Made by a program: the position numbers and the translations under genes. Under the pieces are notes generated by a model, which made no database searches, was not told the origin of the DNA, and saw only the letters and a list, made by a program, of their open reading frames with translations. Source: Blastocystis sp. Blastoise (taxonomy: Eukaryota; Protista; Bigyra: Opalinata). Taken from it: a stretch of DNA of 64,000 nucleotides. Below, piece after piece: positions 12,855-27,130 of the stretch. Each line of letters starts with the position of its first letter. Position 1 is the stretch's first letter. The stretch covers positions 558,001 to 622,000 of the forward strand of contig JBBPEB010000005.1 of the NCBI GenBank assembly GCA_039096225.1, read 5' to 3'.

Positions 12855-14596
12855 ATAATATAGAATAAAAATACATAAATGAAAGTAAAATAGTAGGAAT
12901 AATGAGTCAGTATGATGTGTAAGGATATATTTATATATGTATAAGTGAAAAAGGATGCTAGAAGAAGGGAAAAGAAGTAAAAAAGAATAAAAGAGAAAGA
13001 AATATAAAGTAAATGAGATAGGGTCTTTAATTATTGAGATTAATAAAAAAAATGAAAAATAATTTATAATAAATGACAAAGATAGATATATAGAGATCTA
13101 TAATAATAAGGAATGCAGAAGAGAAGAGGATTAGAGGATAAAGAATAAGAAGAAGATAAGGAAGATAAGGAAGAAGATAAGGAAGATAAGGAAGAATAAG
13201 AAGAAGATAAGGAAGAAGATAAGGAAGATAAGGAAGAATAAGAAGAAGATAAGGAAGAATAAGAAGAAGAAAAGAAGAATAGGAAGAAGATAAGGAAGAT
13301 AAGGAAGAAGAAGAAAAGAAGAAAAGGAAGAAGATAAGGAAGAAGAAGAAGAATAGGAAGAAGAATAAGAAGAAAAGGAAGAATAAGAAGAAGAAGAAGA
13401 TAAGGAAGATAAGGAAGAAGAAGAAGAAGATAAGGAAGAAGAAGAAAAGAAGAATAGGAAGAAGAAAAAGAAAAGAAGAATAGGAAGAAGATAAGGAAGA
13501 AGAAGAAGAATAGGAAGAAGAATAAGAAGATAAGGAAGATAAGGAAGAATAAGAAGAAGATAAGGAAGAAGAAGAAAAGAAGAATAGGAAGAAGATAAGG
13601 AAGAAGAAGAAGAATAGGAAGAAGAATAAGAAGATAAGGAAGATAAGGAAGAATAAGAAGAAGGAAATGAATAATGACAACAAGAAGATGAAGAATAAAT
13701 AGAATAATGATAAGAAAGAATAAATAGATTAATAAGAGAACAAGAGGATGAATGTGAAGAAGAGACAAGGAAGGAGGTGAAAAAAAGAAAGAAAAGTAAG
13801 ATAAAGAATAGGAAGAAGATATACAAGAAAATGAAGAAGAAGAGAAAGAAAAGAAAAGAAGAATAAACAAGAAACATATATAGAGAAACAGAAAGATATA
13901 AAGAAATAAAAGAGATAGATAGATAGATAGATAGATAGAGAGAAAAAAAATACAAAGATATAAATAGATAGATACACTAATAGATGAATAGAAAGAAAGA
14001 AGAAAAGAGAGACATAAAGAAGAAATTAGATAGAAAGAGATAGAATTCTATATAGAATGAGAGATATACAAAAGAAATCAAATGAAATAGAGAATAAGAT
14101 AAAAATAGATACAAGAATAAAGATAAAAAGAGAAATAGAGGAGTAGGGAAGGTGTATAAAAAAGAAAGAATATAAAGATAGGTAGAGAGGAATTGAGAAG
14201 GATAGAGAAGGAGGAGGAAAACAGATAGAATTGGAAGACGAAGAAAAGAAGATGAGACGAAGAAGGGAGAAAAAAGGAGCAGGAAGTGAATATCAAGAAA
14301 GATAAATTTATATAGAAAAAAATTAGAAAGAAAAATACATACAAAGAAAACGATAGGGAATGATAGAGAGAATTATAATTTGAATGACATAGAGAGAAGG
14401 AGAGACAAAGCAAGATAAAGAAGTATAATAGAAAAAACAAAGAAGAAAAAAAGAAGAATAAAAAAAGAAAAGATAGAACAATAGTATATGAGAGAAGAAA
14501 GAGACAGAAAGAAAACGGGAAATAGGGTAGAGACATAGAAGGTAATAAAATATATAGAAGGGGAGAGGGGATTGAGATAAATAAATAGATAGATAT

Positions 14597-14669
<73 letters not shown>

Positions 14670-16960
14670 GATAGAAGAATACCGAAAGATATAGAGAAGG
14701 AGATAAATATTAATAAAAAGGAAAATATGGATAGAGAGGAGATAGAATCAAACAGAGAAGGAGAAGTAGATAAAAGTCGATTGAGGGAAGAGAGAAGTAG
14801 ATTAAAATAAAAACAAATAGCAAGAGTTAAAAGGAAGAAGGGAAGAATATAGAATGATTTGAAGAATGAGATGTATATAGAAGTGAATAGAAGGAAATAG
14901 AGAAGGAGAAGTAGATAGAAAAGATTAAAAATAGAAGGAGATAGAAAGATAAGAGAATGATATAGATACAATAGAATGAGATAGAGAAGATAAAGTAGAT
15001 AGAAATGGATAGAAATAAGAAAAATAAATAGGATAAGAGAGAAAGAGAGATAAAAGGATATAAAAGGATATAGAAGGAGAGAAAACGGATTGAGATGTAG
15101 TAAGATGGAAGGATGTAGATGGAAATAGAGAAGTAGATAGAAGATGATGGAGAATAAAGAGGAGATAGAAGAGGAGATAGAAGGAGAAAAAGAAGAAGAG
15201 GAAGTAAATTAAGTTAGAAGGAGATATAATAAGATAGAGAAGTAGATATACGTAGATATAAGGAAATATACGAAGATATAAGTAGATAAGAGAAAATAGA
15301 AGGAAATAGAGAATGAGATTGAGACACATAAATGAGGTAGAATGAGATAGATAAGGATAGAGAAATATGAAGAGAAATATAGGAATACAGAGAGATAGAA
15401 TGATGTTGAAAGAGAAAGAAAAGGAAAGACTGAAGATTGAGACAGAAGGAGTAGCTGAGATAAAAGGAAGATAGAGAAGGAAATTGAAAGATGAAGGAAG
15501 AAGGAGAGAAGATGAAAGAAGAAGAATATAGAAGAAGATAGAGAATGAGATAATAGGGATAGAAAGAGAAAAATAGGAAAAAAGATGGTTAGAAGAAAAT
15601 AGAAAAGGAGAAAGAAGGAGAGATAGAAGGAGAAATAGAAGGATATAAAAGAGATTAAGAAAGAAGTTAGAGACAAGAAGATATAGATATATAGAAAGAA
15701 ATAAAAGGATTAAATAGAAGATTAAGATAGAAGAAAAGAGACAAAATAGAAGTAGATATAACAATATAGAGAATGAAAGGATAGAAATAAAAATAGAAAA
15801 TAGATAACTAGAACATAAGAATATATAATAATAGAGAGAAGGAGAGAGAGAAAAAAAAGTAGATATAAAGTGGAAAAGGAGACATAGAAGGAAATATAAA
15901 AGGAAACAAGAAGGTAGAAAGAGACATATAAGATAAAATAGACAGGGACAGAGAGAAATAAATGGAAAAAGAATAAGGATAAAGATGGATACGAGAATAG
16001 AGAGGGAGAGAAGGAAGATTGAGATAGAATTATACAGAAAGAGGAGAGAAGGAAGATAAAGAAGGAAAATAGGGCAGTAAAAAAAAGGGAATCAGAAGGA
16101 GGAGAGAAGAAGTATGAGAAGAATAGAAAGAAGGAAGAGGAGGAAGGCAAATAATAGAAGAGAACTATATATATAATAAATAGTGATATAAATATAAATA
16201 AGAAGATGAAGATCTGAAAAAAGCAAAGAATTATATGGAGAAGAAGAAGAAGAAGAAGAGGAAGAGGAAGAAAAGGAGGGTATACACTAATACATGTCGA
16301 GGAAAAAGAAGTATAGAATAAGGAGAAGAGGATAACAGGATAAAAGAAAAAGACATAACGAAATACAATGTAAATAGAATAGTGATTAAGAAAGAGTAAT
16401 GAAAGAGTGATATAAAAGGGAAGCGAAGATAAGAGAGAGGTATAATTAAAAAAAAGAAAAATAAAGGAATTTAGATAGAAGAAAAAATAAAAGAAAAATG
16501 AAGATCTGAGGAAGATAATGAATCAAAGGGAGAGACAAGGATATAGGCTGGAGACAAGGCATAGGAAGAAGTAATAAAGAAAGAAGATGAAGAAATAAGG
16601 AGATAAAAGTGTAGAAGGAAGAAAATGAAGAAGAGAGAAGAAGGAATCATTTTGTGTAAGAAGAAGAAATAAAGAAGAACTAGATAATAAATAAATAAAT
16701 AAATAAATAAATAAACATACCTAATAGAAAAAAATGAATTTGGTGATGTTGAGTCATAGGGAAAGATAACCAACAGAAACAGTAGAAAACAACCTAAATA
16801 AATAAATAATAATAAATAAAAATATAAAAATAATGAAAATAAATAATAAAATGAATTAGATTCTAATTTAAGAAAAAACAAAAAGAAAGCTAATAATAGA
16901 TAGAATGAATATACGATAAGTACTCTATTATATAATACTTAAAAATATAACAAAGAAAAA
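12855..16960 (+). repeat. Purine-rich (A/G) low-complexity tract with GAAGATAAG/GAAGAATAAG array (13140-13660) and (GATA)n (about 14586-14668)
   Basis: Very few C on the plus strand. Overlapping F/L/S-rich ORFs in all minus frames are compositional. Confidence 0.9.
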
Positions 16961-18622
16961 AATTAGAGATAATTATAAAAATAAATAAATACATATATAC
17001 TTTGAAAGTAGTTTGACATCATAGACGTTGTTGACATGGACTGAAGAGGACTCTTATAACCATGGACGAGCAGGAACCTATACATGCTAGAGAATGGGAG
17101 AATGTTAATATTGATAAAGAATAAAAAATAGTAATATACATACAAGAGAATAATCTGAAGTTAAAATCAACTTCTATTTTTTAAAATAACAGCTAATAAA
17201 AATAAAATAAAAATAAAGAAAATAAGTAACAAATGAAAATATTTTCTAAGTTAATAGGCTCAATAGCGTATGGGTGTATTCAGGTCTTAAAAGAAAAATC
17301 ATTTTTGCGGGAATATCAAGAAACTCAAAAAAAGTATTTTTTCCCTCCTTTTTTCACTGTCACTTTTCTTTAATATTTTTGACTTTTTAGTATTAAAAAC
17401 GATTCTTACAGGCATGTATAGAGACTCTATACCACTTTTGAGACTAAAAATCAAATATTTAAAAATGAGTGAAAATCTTGACTAGCAAGAAAAACAATTA
17501 TGTGAAGCTGAGTATGTTGTGTATACACATATCTAACAACAGAGATGATAAAAACACACAACTCCTCTTGGTTTAGGACATAATTATGAATTCTCTCAAA
17601 AAAGCTATTTTAAACCTTAAAACGATACCCTGAACTATAAATCAAGTCCTGAATGATATTCTAAAGTCATATTTTTAAAAACAGGTTTAATGACGATAAT
17701 CAATAAACAAAAACAAGAGCTTCCGTTTTACTTTTCTTTTTTGAATTTTTAATTGTTTTGACTTTCTAGGGTAGTTGGCTGAAAGAAATGTTGTCGTCTT
17801 TAGGCTAAAAAATGATGAATAAAAAAGTCAAGTCATTTTATTGTTTTTTCCTTGGGAAATAAAAAAGAAGAAATTTTTAGGTGTGTTTTGGTTTAGGCTG
17901 TATAATGGTTTTTATTGTAAAAGGACTTGACGAGAATGATTGAAATGATAATACATCACTCAGAGAACACACAACTTTAAAAAATTTGTCACTCATGTAA
18001 TCCATTCCTGAATTATAGACTTCAGAGAAAAAATTAAAGTCTTTTTGGTTTTAAACAGTCATTTTAAATCATAAAACACTGTAAAATAGTCAATATTTAG
18101 AATGTCTATGATTATATAAATAAACAATATATTTTGTAGAGTTATTTTTAAGTTTTTCTCGTCAAAAAGAGAGAAACTTGACAAGTTGGCGGACACTCTT
18201 TTCTCGAGTTTAGGCCAACGTATTTTTGATTAAAAAATCCCAGTCATTTTGTTGTTTCTCTTACGGGAAATAGGGTCAAAAAAACACAAAATGTCCATAG
18301 TGATGTTGATGATGTAAATAGTATTCAGAATGAAAACATGGAATCAGTGTGTTATAATGAATTTACAAGTCGAGAAGATATGCTAGAATTCGAGATTAAT
18401 AATTTATACTCTATTAAAACAATATATCAAACAAAACAAGAATTGATAAAAGATATAAGTACAAAACTAAAAGATAAAGGCTATTCATATAAAATTAATA
18501 AATCAAATAAAACTTAAATAACCATTATCTGCCCTTTTAGTGATTGTGGATTCTACCTTCACTATAGAGGAAATAATATTAGAGGATTCATATTAAAAAA
18601 ATATAAAAATCATAAAAGTGAA

Positions 18623-18656
<34 letters not shown>

Positions 18657-18724
18657 TCTTATTATTTATTATATATATATATGCATTCTTATTATTCTTT
18701 TTATTCATTCTTATTACTCATTCT

Positions 18725-19060
18725 ATATATATATTCATCTTATATCATCATATTATCATATATATATTCATCTTATATCATCATATATTCATATATATAT
18801 TCATCTTATATCATCATATATTCATATATATATTCATCTAATATCATCATATATTCATATATATATTCATCTTATATCATCATATATTCATATATATATT
18901 CATCTTATATCATCATATATTCATATATATATTCATCTTATATCATCATATATTCATATATATATTCATCTAATATCATCATATATTCATATATATATTC
19001 ATCTAATATCATCATATATTCATATATATATTCTTCTTATATCATCATATATTCATATAT
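18725..19060. repeat. 33-bp minisatellite, about 10 copies
   Basis: atatatatattcatcttatatcatcatatattc unit; the ORF track shows the 11-aa repeat YSYIYSSYIII. Confidence 0.9.
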
Positions 19061-19339
19061 TGTTTGGTTTATATTCATCATGTAGAACAACTCAGTATGA
19101 ATAATTTGTATATTTATTAGCCAGTATAATATAATATGGTACACGTATTATTCATTAACAAGGAGAGTAATAACATTATTATGTTACTAAAAAACTGAAT
19201 TATTTGAATTCATTAACTAAATAATATATTTATATTTGAATACATATATCAATATTTTGAAAATGAGAATATAATGGCAACATCAGTGACTAATTAGTAA
19301 TCTAATTCATTAATACGAGAAAAGAGTTTATATCAATTG

Positions 19340-22300
19340 AGAGACTAATAAAGTTTGAATAATAGAGATAAGAATAAAAATAAATAGAAGACTAGTAATA
19401 AAAATCTGAATAGAAGTATGGACAGTAATATAAGAAGAAACAGGAGTTATAGGTACAACCAGAAGAAGGAGAATAATCTATCAATATAGTAAAATTTGTT
19501 TCATAATAAGAAGAATTTGGAAAATAAAGTAACTAAATATGTATAAGGAAGATAAAGGAGAAATTAGGATTAATAGGAGCAAGTAATGAAATAGCAACAT
19601 AAGAATGATGAATAATAATAGAAGAAGAGGAAAGTAAATAAATATAATTGAAGAAGTAGTAGCATAAGAAGAAGAATATTATACAAAATATAAGAAGATG
19701 CAGTAGTAGTGTAAGAAGAAGTAATAGTATAGTTATACCACTATAAGAAGAAGAAGAAGAAGAAGAAGAAGAATCATAATAATAATAATAAGTAGAAGAA
19801 GAAGAACAAGTAGAAGTAGACTTATAAGAAGAATATCAAGAATGAGAATGAGAAAGAAAAGGGGAAAAAGAAGAAAGAGAAATAGAAATAGAAGAAGGAA
19901 GAGAAAATAAGTACAAGTAGAATGAGAAGAATAACAATAATAAGAAGTAGTGAAGTAGATATAGATATAGAAGATATAGAAAAAGTAGAAGTATATGTGG
20001 ATGTATAAGTAAAAAAAAAGTAGTGAAGTAGAAGTAGAAGTAGATGTAACTAAGTAGAAGTAGAAGTAGAAGTAGAAGTAATTCTAGAAGAAGAAAAAGA
20101 AGAAAAAGAAGAAGAATGAGAATGAGAAGAATGACAAGATGTAGAAGTAGAAGTAGAAGTAGAAGTAGAAGAATAAGAAGAAAATAAGAAGAAAATAAGA
20201 ATAAACCAAGAATAAACATAATAAGGAAAACATCAGTAGAAGATAAGAAGAAGGAGAATAAGAATGATTAGAAGTATAAAAAAAAGAAGAAGTAGAAGAA
20301 GAAGAAAAAAAAAAAAGAAGAAGAAGAAGAAGAAGGAAAAGAAGGAGAAGGAGAAGAACAACAAGAAGAAGCAGAAGAAGCAGGACAAGTACAAGTACAA
20401 GGACAAGGAAAAGATGAAAGGCAAGAAAAGGGAGTACAACGATAAGGACAAGAAAGATAAGAATAAGGATAAGACGAATAAAGAAGAAGGACAAGGAAAA
20501 TAAGAATAAACCAAAAATAAGTATAATAATGAAAACATCAGTAGAAGCTAAGGATAAGTAGCATGAGAATGATTAGAAGTAGAAGTACAAGGATAATAAA
20601 AAGAAGAAGATGGAGAAGGGAGAAGAATATGTGGAAATAAAAGAAAAAACATGAAAATAAAATGTGGAACAAGAAGAGACTAAAAAGAGAATAGAAGGAG
20701 AGGAGTAAAATATGAATAGGAAGGAGAAGGATAAGAAGGATAAGAAAGATAAGAGGATAAGAATGACAAAGAGAAGGACAAGATGGAGCAAGAGATGAAC
20801 GAGAAGAACGAAAAGCAGAAGAAGGAACAAGAGAAGAAGAAGAAGTAGAAGTAGAAGTAGAAGTAGAAGTAGAAGTAGAAGTAGAAGTAGAAGTAGAAGT
20901 AGAAGTAGAAGTAGAGTAGAAGAAGAAGGAGAAGGAGAAGAAGAAGGAGAAGAAGAAGGAGAAGGAAAAGGAAAAGGAAAAGGAGAAGAAGAAGAAGAAG
21001 TAGAAGAAGAAGAAGAATAAGGAGAACAAAGGGAAAATAAGAATGATTATAAGAATAAGTATAAGGATAATAATAAGAAGAAGACGTAGAAGCAGAAAAT
21101 ATGTGGAAGTAGAAAAAGAAACATATAAAATATGGAACAAGAAGACTAAAAAGAGAATAGAAGGAGAGGAGCAAAATATGAATAAGAAGGAGAATAAGAA
21201 GGATAATGATAAGAAGGGGAAGAGTAGAAGAATGACAAAGAGAAGGAGGAGAAGGAAGAAAGAACGAGAAAGAGACGAATGGAGAAAGGAAAGAGAAGAG
21301 GGAGAAGGATAAGAAGAAGCAGAAGGAAAAGTAGAAAAAGGAGAAGCAAGAGTAGAAGAAGGATAAGAAGAAGCAGAAGGAAGAGTAGAAGAAGGAATAG
21401 AGAAGGAGAAGTAAAAACAGAAAGAGAAAGAAAAAAAGGAACAAGAGAAAAAGAAAGAGAAAGAGAATGAGAATGAGAAGAATGAAAAAGAGAAAGAGAA
21501 AGAAATAGTAGTATAGAAGTAGAAATAGAAGCAATAATAGTTGGAAAAGGAAAATTAGAAGAAGAAGAAGGTGGAGAAGAAAAAGAAGTAAAAGTAAAAG
21601 TATAAATAAAAGAAGAATAGGAAGGAGATATAGAAGCAGACGAATAAGAAGAAGTAGAATGAGCATGAAAAAGAAATAAAAGTATTAGTAATAGTGTAGA
21701 AGTAGAAATAGAAATAGAAGGAAAAGGAGAATTAGTAGTAGAAGAATGAGAAATAGAATATAGAAAAGAAATAGAAGAAGAAGAAGAAGAAAGAGAAGAA
21801 AGAGAAACAGAAAGAGAAGAACAAGGAGAAGTATAAGCACAAAGATAATGAGAAGAAAAAGAAGTAGTTGTAATAGAAGTGAATGTAGAAGTATAAGAAG
21901 TAGTAGAAATAGAAGTAGAAGTAGGAGTTGGAGTTGGAGTACAAGCGAAGTAGAATAGAAATATAAGTAGAAATATAAGTAGAAGAATGAGAAGTAGTAT
22001 TAGTAATAGTGTAGAAGTCGAAATGGAAGAAAAAGAATAAGAGTAAGTAGTAGTCGTAGAAATATGAGTATAAGCAAGTAGAAATAGAAGAATAAAGAAA
22101 AGAAGGAAAGAAGCTGAAGTAGAAGAAGTATAAATAAAAGAAGGTAAATATAAGAAGAAGAAGAAGAAGTATAAGGAAAAGAAGGTAAATATAAGAAGAA
22201 GAAGAAGAAGAAGTATAAGGAAAAGAAGGTAAATATAAGAATAATAATAATAATAATAGTAAGGAGAAGTAGTAAAAAAGAAGAAACAGAAGAATAAGGA

Positions 22301-25300
22301 GGAGGAGGAGGAGGAGGAGGAGAAGAAGAATAAGGAAAAGTAAAAAGGAGTAAAATTTTGAGAAATAGAACGAGAAGTAAAAGAATAATAAAAAGCAAAC
22401 TTTAATAAGTATGGATAGAAGAAGAAGAAAAAGAAAAAGAAAAATAATTAGAAATAGAATAATGAGATTGAAAATGATAAGAAAAAGGAAAATCATGAAA
22501 GATAATAGGAATAAGAATAAGAAGAATAAGTAGAAGTATAAGGAGGAGTATAAAGAAAAAGGAGATAAGGAGTAGAACAGAAGTAGAAGGTAATGTTGAA
22601 GAAAAATAGGAAGGCTGATAATAAGGAAGATAAAGAGAAATAGAAGGAAAAGGAGAATGTGAAGCAAAATAAGAATCACAAAAAGAAAAAGAAGAAGTAG
22701 AAAGAGAACGAGAAGAATTACATTTTTAGTGAGGAGAAAAAATGTAAAAAAAGAAGAAATATAATAATAAGAATGAGAACAAGAACAGGAATGAAAATAA
22801 GAAAATGAATGATACTACAAATTAAAGGAGTAAGGAGGAGAGAAAATATAGAGTAAAAAAAGATATAGAAGAAAGAGAAGATAGTGAATAGGAGAAGAAG
22901 AAGATAAAGTAGAAGAAGAAGTAGAGCGAGAAACAGAATAAAGTGAAAAGAAAAGTAGAATGAAAATAAGAAAGATAATAGGAATATAAATAAAATGTAG
23001 AAGAAGAAATAGAAGTAAAATGAGACGAATTTAGAAAAAAAATACATAAAGCAGAAGAATATGAAGAATAAGAAATGAGAAACGTACAAATAGAATAATG
23101 AGAAATAGACAAGAAAGTAGAAGAAAGGCAAAAAAAGAAGAATCTGGAAAAAATAAGAATAAGAATAAGAATAAGAATAAGAATAAGAATAAGAATAAGA
23201 ATAAGAATAAGAATAAGAATAAGAAGACTAAAAAGGAGAAATTAAAATAAAATAGAAGGAGAAAAAGGAAAAGATAAAGAAGAATAAGAAGGAAAATAGG
23301 AATAGTAGAATAGAACAGAGATTGAAAAGTATAAAGAAAACAAGAAGAAGAAGGAAAGCAATAAGATGAAGAAATAGAATAAATAATAAGAAAATGAAGA
23401 ATACGAATAATGAATATAAGAAGCAGAAGTGAATCAAAAGAAGGAGAAATGTAAGAATGATACTAATAATAAGAAGAAGAATAAGAAATAAGGCTAAGTA
23501 GAAGTAGAAGAAAAATACTAATTAGAAAAAGAATACTAATTAGAAAAAGAAAATAAGGTTAAAATGTATAACTACAAATAGAATAATAGAGAGAAAGATA
23601 ATGTTAGTAAAATTTATAGAATAAGAAGTAGAAGGAGAATAATAAGAGAAAAGATTAGGAAGTAGAAGTAGAAGAAGAGTATGAAAGATAATGAGAATAG
23701 GAATAAGAATATGAAATGAATAAGAAATACAATAAGAAGTAGAAGTAGAATGAGGGTGAGAAATATAATGTGAATAAGAATAAAAAGCGAAAGGTGAATA
23801 AGTAGTAGAAGTTGATTAAGAAGTAGACAGAAAATGGAAAGTAAAATAATAAGGATAATGAAATGGAAAAAAAAATAGGAATAACACTAAGAATACTAAA
23901 TGAAATAGAAAAAGAATAAAAAGATGAAATAGAAGAAGAATCAAAAGAAGACAGGAAAAGAAGTAGGAGGTGAAGTAGAACGAGAATAAGTGTAAGAATA
24001 AGAATAATTGGAGTATTAGAAGATTAAGAAGAAGGAAAATAGGAATAAGAAGTAAGGTATAAATTACTATAAGAAAAAAGAAGTATAAGTAACTAGAGAA
24101 GTAGAAGAAAAACGAAAATATAAATAAGACGATGAAAGAAAAGGAGAAAGTAAAATATGAAAGAAAAAGAGAAGAAAGAGTATAATAATAATAAGAAGAA
24201 GAAAGAGAAATTGAAATATAAGGAGAAGTTGAATAAGAAGAAGAATGTGAAATATAAGAAGAAGCTGAATAAGATAAAGAAGTAAAAGTAGAAGACGGAG
24301 AAGAAAATATGAATACGAATATCAGGAAGGATAATAAAAGAAGATATCAACAACAAAGAGAACAAGAAGCATCAAGGAAGCATAAGTATAGAAGAAGATT
24401 AAGGAGAAGAAAAATATGGTGTAAAGGTGAAAGAAGAAGAAGAAGAATAGAAAAAAGGAGAAGGAGAAGAAGGAGAAGAAGAAGAAGAAGAAGAAGAAGA
24501 AGAAGAAGAAGAAGGAGGAGAAGAAGGACATGAAGGAGGAGGAGAATGACAAGAATGGCAAAAAGTAGGAGAAGTAGAAGAAGTAGAAGAATAAGAAAAA
24601 GAAGAAAGAGAAGAAAATAAGAATAAACCAAGAATAAGCATAATCAGGAAAAAACAGTAGAAGGTAAGGATAAGTAGAATGAGAATGATTAGTAGTAGAA
24701 GTATAAGAAGAAAAAGAAGAAGAAGAAGAAGAATATATGGAGCAAGAAGAGAATAAAAAGAGGGAGAAGGAGAGGAGCAAAATATGAATAAGAAGGAGAA
24801 TAGGAAAGATAAGAAGGATAAGAAGGACAAGAAGGACAAGAAGGACAAGAAGGACAAGAAGGACAAGAAGGAGGAGGAGAAGAAGAAAAACTATATGAAG
24901 AAGGATAAGAAGGAAAAAGAAAAGTTGGGGAAAAAAGATGAAAGAGAAAGAAAAGGATAAGAAGAACAATTATAAGAAGAAGGACAAGAAGGAAAAAAAG
25001 AGGAGAAGAAGAAAAATTATAAGAAGAAGGACAAAGAGGAGGAGGAGAAGAAAGAGAAGAAGAAGAAGGATAAGAAGGGCAAGAAGGAGAGGAAGGAATG
25101 TCAAGAAGAAGAAGAAGAAGAAGAAGGATAAGAATGAGAAGAAAAACAAGAAGAAGGATAAAGAAAAGTAAAAGTATAAATAGAAGGAGAATAAAGAAAA
25201 GGAGATAGAGATGGAGACAAAAAAGTAGACGTAGAAGGAGAAAAATAAATAAATAAAAGTATAGTAGTAGAAACAGAAGTATAAATAGAAGTATTAGGAA

Positions 25301-26290
25301 TAAGAAAATGAGAATTATTAGAAGAAGAAAAATGAGAAGAAAAATGAGAAGAAGAAGAAGAAGAAGAAGAAGAATGAGAAATTGAATATAGAAAAAAAGA
25401 AGAAGAAGAAAAGAGAAAGAGAAAGATAATAGCAAGAAGAAGTATAAGTATAAGAAGAATGAGAAGAATAAAGTAGTAGAAGCAAAAGCACGAGTACGAG
25501 TAGGAGTAAAAGCAGAACTACAAGTAGAAATATAAGCAGAAATATAAGTAGAATAATAAGAAGTATTATTATTAGTAGTGTAGCTGTAGAAATAGAAGAA
25601 AAAATAAAAGAGTAGTAGTAGTAGAAGAAATATAAGTAGAAGTACAAGTAGGAATAGAAGAATGAAGGAAAGAAGGAAAGAAGGAAGAAGCTAAAGGAGA
25701 AGAATTGCAAGGAGAATAAGGAAAAAAAAAAGGAACAAAATGGAATGGAAATGATAACGAGGGAAAAAAAGAAAAGAAGAAGAAGAAAAAAAAATAAGAA
25801 GATGTAGAAGGATAATAAAAGAAGAAACAACAATAATAATGAGAACAAGAAGTAAATCTATAATGAAAAGGAGAAGTGGAAAGGAAGTATAGTAGAGAAG
25901 AAGAATAATGAAAAGTAAAATAAGATGTAAAGGTGAAAGAAGCATAAGAAGAAGTAAAGTAGAAGAAAAAGAAGAATCATGAAAGGATAAGAAGAATGAA
26001 GAATAATGAAAAGGATAGGGATAAGAAGTATAATGAGAAGGACGAAGAAGTAATAGTAGAATTTGTGAAGAGGTAATAGTAAAGAAAAGAAAAGTTTATA
26101 TCTATACATAAAAGAAGAAAAATTAGAGTAAGATGTACAGTAGAATTATGAATTAAGAATTAACAATAAAGAATAAAGAATAAAGATTAAGAATGAAGAA
26201 TGAAGAATTAAGAATGAAGAATTAACAATAAAGAATGAAGAATGAAGAATGAAGAATGAAGAATGAAGAATGAAGAATGAAGAATTAATA
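19340..26290 (+). repeat. Purine-rich low-complexity tract of MULE-A with internal duplicated modules and (GAAGTA)n, (AATAAG)n, (AAGAATG)n microsatellites
   Basis: Read directly; inverted homologue at 49280-55640. Confidence 0.9.
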
Positions 26291-26939
26291 CCAATAAATC
26301 TAAAAAATATATAATATTATAAAAATAGAATAATAATAATATTATAAAGACAAAAAATAACATATATATTATTAATAGTCAGTTAAAACAAACTAAATAT
26401 ATTATTAAATACATATATACCTTAATAAAGACTTGAATCATTGCAATCTGTTTTTTTGGTTGTGCTTCAGTTTGATTGGTTTTACTAAAGAAATAAATAC
26501 GTAGAATAAATTAAATAGATAAAAGTATATATATATTAAAGAAACAACTAGATAGAAAAGTAGGAGCTAATTCAATTATAAAAATAATAATACTAATGAA
26601 AACAAAATAAATATGTTATGTGAATGATAAAAATATACTAATAGCATAGACATGAAATAAATATAGCAAAGAATAAACAAAATGAGAAAATGTAAAATAA
26701 TTATATACCTTAGATTCATCTTTATTGTTCACCAAGACCTTTAGAGTTGATTTGAAACTAGATATAGCTTTTTCTGAATATCTAAACAATACGCAACCAA
26801 TTGATCAACTGATTACTATATAAAACAAAATATTTGAAGAGAGTAAACTATATAATATATATATTTATGACTAGAAAACATACGTAGATCCATTTTATAT
26901 GTCTATAATGACAATATATGAAATAAAACAATATTTGAG

Positions 26940-27130
26940 TTTCAAGAAATAATCATTCTGAGGATGGGAACAGGGATAAAACAGCCTAAATAGCGGAATC
27001 AACCTCTTTGATAAAAACTGTTTTGTGATTCAGTGAACAAGTTTTAAAAATAATTTCTAGAGATTCAAAGTATGGGATAAAAAGTCTTCTTTGATATGGT
27101 CCCTATTCTTAAATTTTTTTAGAATTACTT
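26940..27130. promoter_or_regulatory. Putative bidirectional promoter between divergent spliced units (MULE-A copy)
   Basis: Complex sequence well conserved with 48350-48530 (inverted). Minus-strand GT-AG exons lie to the left and plus-strand exons to the right. Confidence 0.45.

Larger units (their letters stand above)
9755..18302. mobile_element. CACTA/EnSpm-type non-autonomous element (8,548 bp)
   Basis: Perfect 15-bp TIR CACTATGGACATTTT (9755-9769 / 18288-18302). 3-bp TSD ATG at 9752-9754 and 18303-18305. Subterminal repeats present. No transposase ORF seen. Confidence 0.93.
9745..18622 (+). pseudogene. MULE-A transposase N-terminal (WRKY/FAR1-like Zn DNA-binding) exon, split by CACTA: 9745-9754 + 18306-18622
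   Basis: Ungapped alignment to MULE-B exon 2 gives about 33/92 identities by eye (CPFSDCGFYLH vs CCVSDCPFMLH). Same phase-0 acceptor and donor. Premature TAA at 18515-18517. No catalytic exons found downstream. Confidence 0.85.
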
